A stretch of DNA of 64,000 nucleotides from an uncultured Chlamydiae bacterium (GTDB lineage Bacteria; Chlamydiota; Chlamydiia; Chlamydiales; Parachlamydiaceae), in assembly GCA_963830365.1 (NCBI GenBank), contig CAWHMU010000021.1, forward strand, positions 1 through 64,000. The letters run 5' to 3'. Below, in pieces: positions 60,289 through 64,000 of the stretch. A model generated the notes under the pieces. That model worked only from the letters and a program-made list of their open reading frames with translations. It was not told the DNA's origin and did no database searches. Within the stretch, counting starts at the first letter, position 1. The number at the start of each line of letters is the position of its first letter. The translations under genes and the position numbers were made by a program.

Positions 60289-61779
60289 TCAAGCAAAAAT
60301 AGGATAGATAACGCGGGCGATAAGAAAAAACATCAACGTCGATAGCACGTCATTGAAAGCCGTTACAATCGGTCCCGAGGCCACTGCCGGATCTATGCCG
60401 AAACGGGCAAAAAAGAACGGCGAAAATGTCCCCAGCCCCGTGGCCATCAAACAAGCTCCCAGCAAACCGACACTGACTGTCGTACCTACGGCCAGCGGAT
60501 CGCCGCCGGAATTGTGGATTTGAAAATGATTGAGGAGATAGACGACAAGGCCGCAAAAAACGCCAAAGACACACCCAATAAGCAGGCCGATGCCAAGCTC
60601 CTGACTCACCGCATTCATGCGCGAGCCGCTGGAAAGTCCGCCGGTTGACATCCCGCGCACGAGGATAGTACTGCACTGCAGGCCCACATTTCCGGACATG
60701 CCGGCGATCAACGGCACAAAGAACGGCACATAGACAAACCATAAGCGGTCTTTGAAATGCGCCATGGCAGTGGCTGTCACCAATCCGGCACAAAGGGTCA
60801 CTAGCAGCCATGGGGCGCGCAAAATAAAACGCTCTAGGATGGGGGCCTGTTCGCTCACATCCTCGGCGGTACCGGCGATATTGGCGATCGTTTCATCGGC
60901 GATATCTTCCATGGCCTCTACGACATCTTCATAGGTGATGACGCCGATTAGATGGTCTTCCTCATCAACCACCGGCAAGGCGGGGATTTTATATCTTTCC
61001 ACTAGATCGACGACCTCATCACGCGAATCATCGGCGGTCACCTTGTGCAAAACAGGGCGCATAACCTGTCGCAGGGGTAGATATGCAGGATTTACCATCA
61101 GGTTGCGTCCAGGCACAAAACCGGCCAAGGCGCCATCGTCGGTGAGTACAAAAATGCAGCGGGTCAATTCAATACCCGGATTATCGCGGATGCAGGCCGT
61201 CACTTCACCGATGGTGGCATGCATATGGAAAGCAAAAAATTCGTTGGTCATCAGGCGGCCGGCGCTATGCCTGTCATGTTGCTGCAAATCGCGGATGCGG
61301 GCAGCTTTTTTCGGATCGAGCTGCTCTAAAACGCGCTTCAAGCGCCGATCGGACATATCGTCCAGGATCCAGACGGCTTCATCCGGCGGCATCTTTTCAA
61401 TCAGGCGGTTGATCTCTTTATCATCGATTTGACGGAAGATGGCACTGCGGGTATTGCTACCGGTATTGATCATGAAAATTATCTTAGCATTCAAATCGGG
61501 CAGGTTGTCATAGACGACAACGCGGGCGCTGGGCGGCAGCCGTGTAACAGCATGGGCAAGGTCGATGGGATCGTGTTCGCTTGCGATTTTGGCAACATCA
61601 TGCAGCAGAACTTGCGATGTCTGCTTATGGAAAGCGCTTTCAAGTTTTTCATTAAGTACATCATCGAGGTGGCTAATCTTTGAATCCATAAGATTGCCCG
61701 TCGACGTGCTGTAATCATCCAACTCTTGATGTCTGCCCTCAAAATCAGCTGTGTGCTCACCATGGGATTTACTTTCCAT
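60289..61779 (-). CDS. mgtE: Magnesium transporter MgtE
   Basis: MgtE N-domain, CBS pair (AGRLMT, LPVVD), GNVG.Q and DPAVASGPIVTAFND motifs; GGAGG RBS. Confidence 0.96.
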   Translation of the reverse strand: MESKSHGEHTADFEGRHQELDDYSTSTGNLMDSKISHLDDVLNEKLESAFHKQTSQVLLHDVAKIASEHDPIDLAHAVTRLPPSARVVVYDNLPDLNAKIIFMINTGSNTRSAIFRQIDDKEINRLIEKMPPDEAVWILDDMSDRRLKRVLEQLDPKKAARIRDLQQHDRHSAGRLMTNEFFAFHMHATIGEVTACIRDNPGIELTRCIFVLTDDGALAGFVPGRNLMVNPAYLPLRQVMRPVLHKVTADDSRDEVVDLVERYKIPALPVVDEEDHLIGVITYEDVVEAMEDIADETIANIAGTAEDVSEQAPILERFILRAPWLLVTLCAGLVTATAMAHFKDRLWFVYVPFFVPLIAGMSGNVGLQCSTILVRGMSTGGLSSGSRMNAVSQELGIGLLIGCVFGVFCGLVVYLLNHFQIHNSGGDPLAVGTTVSVGLLGACLMATGLGTFSPFFFARFGIDPAVASGPIVTAFNDVLSTLMFFLIARVIYPIFA

Positions 61780-61795
61780 CTTCCCTCCTGATACA

Positions 61796-62677
61796 GGCAC
61801 TCAATATACTGGCACTCAATATACTGGCACTCAATATACTGGCACTCAATATACTGGCACTCAATATACTGGCACTCAATATACTGGCACTCAATATACT
61901 GGCACTCAATATACTGGCACTCAATATACTGGCACTCAATATACTGGCACTCAATATACTGGCACTCAATATACTGGCACTCAATATACTGGCACTCAAT
62001 ATACTGGCACTCAATATACTGGCACTCAATATACTGGCACTCAATATACTGGCACTCAATATACTGGCACTCAATATACTGGCACTCAATATACTGGCAC
62101 TCAATATACTGGCACTCAATATACTGGCACTCAATATACTGGCACTCAATATACTGGCACTCAATATACTGGCACTCAATATACTGGCACTTAATATACT
62201 GGTATTCAATATACTGGTATTCAATATACTGGCATTCAATATACTGGCACTCAATATACTGGCACTCAATATACTGGCACTCAATATACTGGCACTCAAT
62301 ATACTGGCACTCAATATACTGGCACTCAATATACTGGCACTCAATATACTGGCACTCAATATACTGGCACTCAATATACTGGCACTCAATATACTGGCAC
62401 TCAATATACTGGCACTCAATATACTGGCACTCAATATACTGGCACTCAATATACTGGCACTCAATATACTGGCACTCAATATACTGGCACTCAATATACT
62501 GGCACTCAATATACTGGCACTCAATATACTGGCACTCAATATACTGGCACTCAATATACTGGCACTCAATATACTGGCACTCAATATACTGGCACTCAAT
62601 ATACTGGCACTCAATATACTGGCACTCAATATACTGGCACTCAATATACTGGCACTCAATATACTGGCACTCAATAT
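61796..62677. repeat. Tandem array of GGCACTCAATATACT, 58 full units plus 12 nt
   Basis: Directly visible; only four variant units, at 62186-62245. Confidence 0.97.
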
Positions 62678-62720
62678 TGTTTGCCATGACGGCATTGTTC
62701 ACAGATAAGTTGGTTTTGAC

Positions 62721-62749
62721 AAACTATGATGCAACCTATATTGCGACAA
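62721..62749 (-). promoter_or_regulatory. Candidate sigma-70-type promoter for mgtE
   Basis: TTGTCG-17nt-TAGTTT on the minus strand, just upstream of the array. Confidence 0.35.
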
Positions 62750-63004
62750 GATATTCTTTTTTACGAGTTTCTCTGGGGAGAGTGTACTTCTAAAAAAACA
62801 ATTCCCACAAGCAAAAAGCGCCATGGTGATTTGGCATGGTGATTTGGATTGCAGTCAGGCTGCCCCTTTAATCCAAGCCCTATCTGGCTTGCCCCCCTTG
62901 CCATATACAGCGGCTACCGTCATTATTTTAACTTTAATATTGTAATTTTACAAAGTTACTGCTATGATTACTTCTTTTTAAACCTAAAAAATAACAAAAA
63001 TCCT

Positions 63005-64000
63005 ATGTATTCACCAAAAAAAATTCGTAATATCGCCATTATTGCCCACATTGACCACGGCAAAACAACTATGCTTGACAGCATGCTCAAGCAATCCCAT
63101 GTCTTTAGAGACAACGAAGCTGTCCCCGAACGTGCTATGGATTCCTACGATCAAGAAAAAGAACGCGGCATCACCATCTTCGCCAAACACACCTCGGTAC
63201 GTTTCATTGATGACGCTGGTGACGATTACAAAATCAATATCATCGATACACCGGGTCACGCAGACTTCTCAGGCGAAGTGGAGCGCATCCTCGGCATGGT
63301 CAACTCAGTATTGCTGCTGGTCGATGCCCAGGAAGGCCCTATGCCGCAAACGCGCTTTGTGCTGTCCAAATCCCTGAAAATGGGCCTGCGCCCTATCGTC
63401 GTGCTGAACAAAATCGACCGCCCACATGCTTCTCCGGATGCCGTGCTGGATGCCACCTTCGATCTATTTAACGAACTCGGCGCAACCGATGCCCAGCTCG
63501 ATTTCAGCTATTGCTATGCCTCCGGGCTTTCCGGCTTTGCCACGCACCAAGTCGACGATAAGCGCGTTGACATGCGTCCGCTTTTCGAACTCATCGTCTC
63601 GGCTGTAGATGCACCGCAGGGCAGCCTGGAAGAACCGTTCCTCATGCAAGCTGCCACGATCTCTTATGATGATTATGTGGGCAGACAAGCCTGCGGCAGG
63701 ATTCTTGAAGGCTCCGTCAAAAAAGGCCAAATCGTCATCCATTGTGATGCCGAAGGCAAGCAAACCAGATGCCCCATCACGCGCGTCGAAGGCTATTTGG
63801 GTTTGCATAAAATCGAAATGGATGAAGCTGGTGTAGGCGATATCGTCTCCCTTTCCGGCATTCCTGAAGTCATGATCGGCGATACGCTATGCGATCCAAA
63901 GAAAATCGTACGCCTGCCTCCTATCAAGCTGGATGAGCCCACCGTTTCTGTCGATATCACCGTCAACACCAGCCCCTTTGTCGGACAAAGCGGCAAACAT
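63005..64000 (+). CDS. typA: Translational GTPase TypA/BipA (partial, runs off the window)
   Basis: [48 protein letters not shown] and NKID motifs. Confidence 0.96.
   Translation, partial: MYSPKKIRNIAIIAHIDHGKTTMLDSMLKQSHVFRDNEAVPERAMDSYDQEKERGITIFAKHTSVRFIDDAGDDYKINIIDTPGHADFSGEVERILGMVNSVLLLVDAQEGPMPQTRFVLSKSLKMGLRPIVVLNKIDRPHASPDAVLDATFDLFNELGATDAQLDFSYCYASGLSGFATHQVDDKRVDMRPLFELIVSAVDAPQGSLEEPFLMQAATISYDDYVGRQACGRILEGSVKKGQIVIHCDAEGKQTRCPITRVEGYLGLHKIEMDEAGVGDIVSLSGIPEVMIGDTLCDPKKIVRLPPIKLDEPTVSVDITVNTSPFVGQSGKH

Noticed and set aside
61751..62194. Plus-strand (TGTQY)n ORF
   Set aside because: Antisense to the mgtE start, no RBS, and broken by the variant unit at 62192
61796..62677. CRISPR array, CIRCE operators or sigma-54 promoters in the 15-mer array
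   Set aside because: No spacers and no cas genes; TGGCACTC resembles a CIRCE half-site but has no inverted partner; TGGCAC lacks the -12 TGC

Overview
A 64 kb bacterial chromosomal segment, most likely from an environmental Chlamydiota member (inference from the PknD-type kinase near valS, tandem alanine/glycine symporters and Inc-like orphan proteins). Housekeeping genes: valS, mgtE, typA, DAHP synthase, ROK kinase. Nutrient-scavenging genes: brnQ, two AGCS symporters, eutBC, hutHUIG, an M20 peptidase and a sulfatase-HAD pair. Also present are clusters of putative secreted effectors, one intact IS3 element and a dense set of nested MITE/palindromic repeats, several with 8-bp target duplications. 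Highlights: (1) an Ile-codon-rich leader peptide with terminator/antiterminator upstream of brnQ, i.e. a ribosome-mediated attenuator; (2) an 882-bp array of a 15-bp unit between a candidate promoter and mgtE; (3) a catalytically dead TIM paralog with duplicated NLS-like repeats; (4) a promoter motif shared by three effector-like genes; (5) a lipoprotein with a coiled-coil rod and C-terminal TM anchor. Several frameshifts in the first ~7.4 kb may be sequencing errors. All calls come from reading the sequence; no searches were run.
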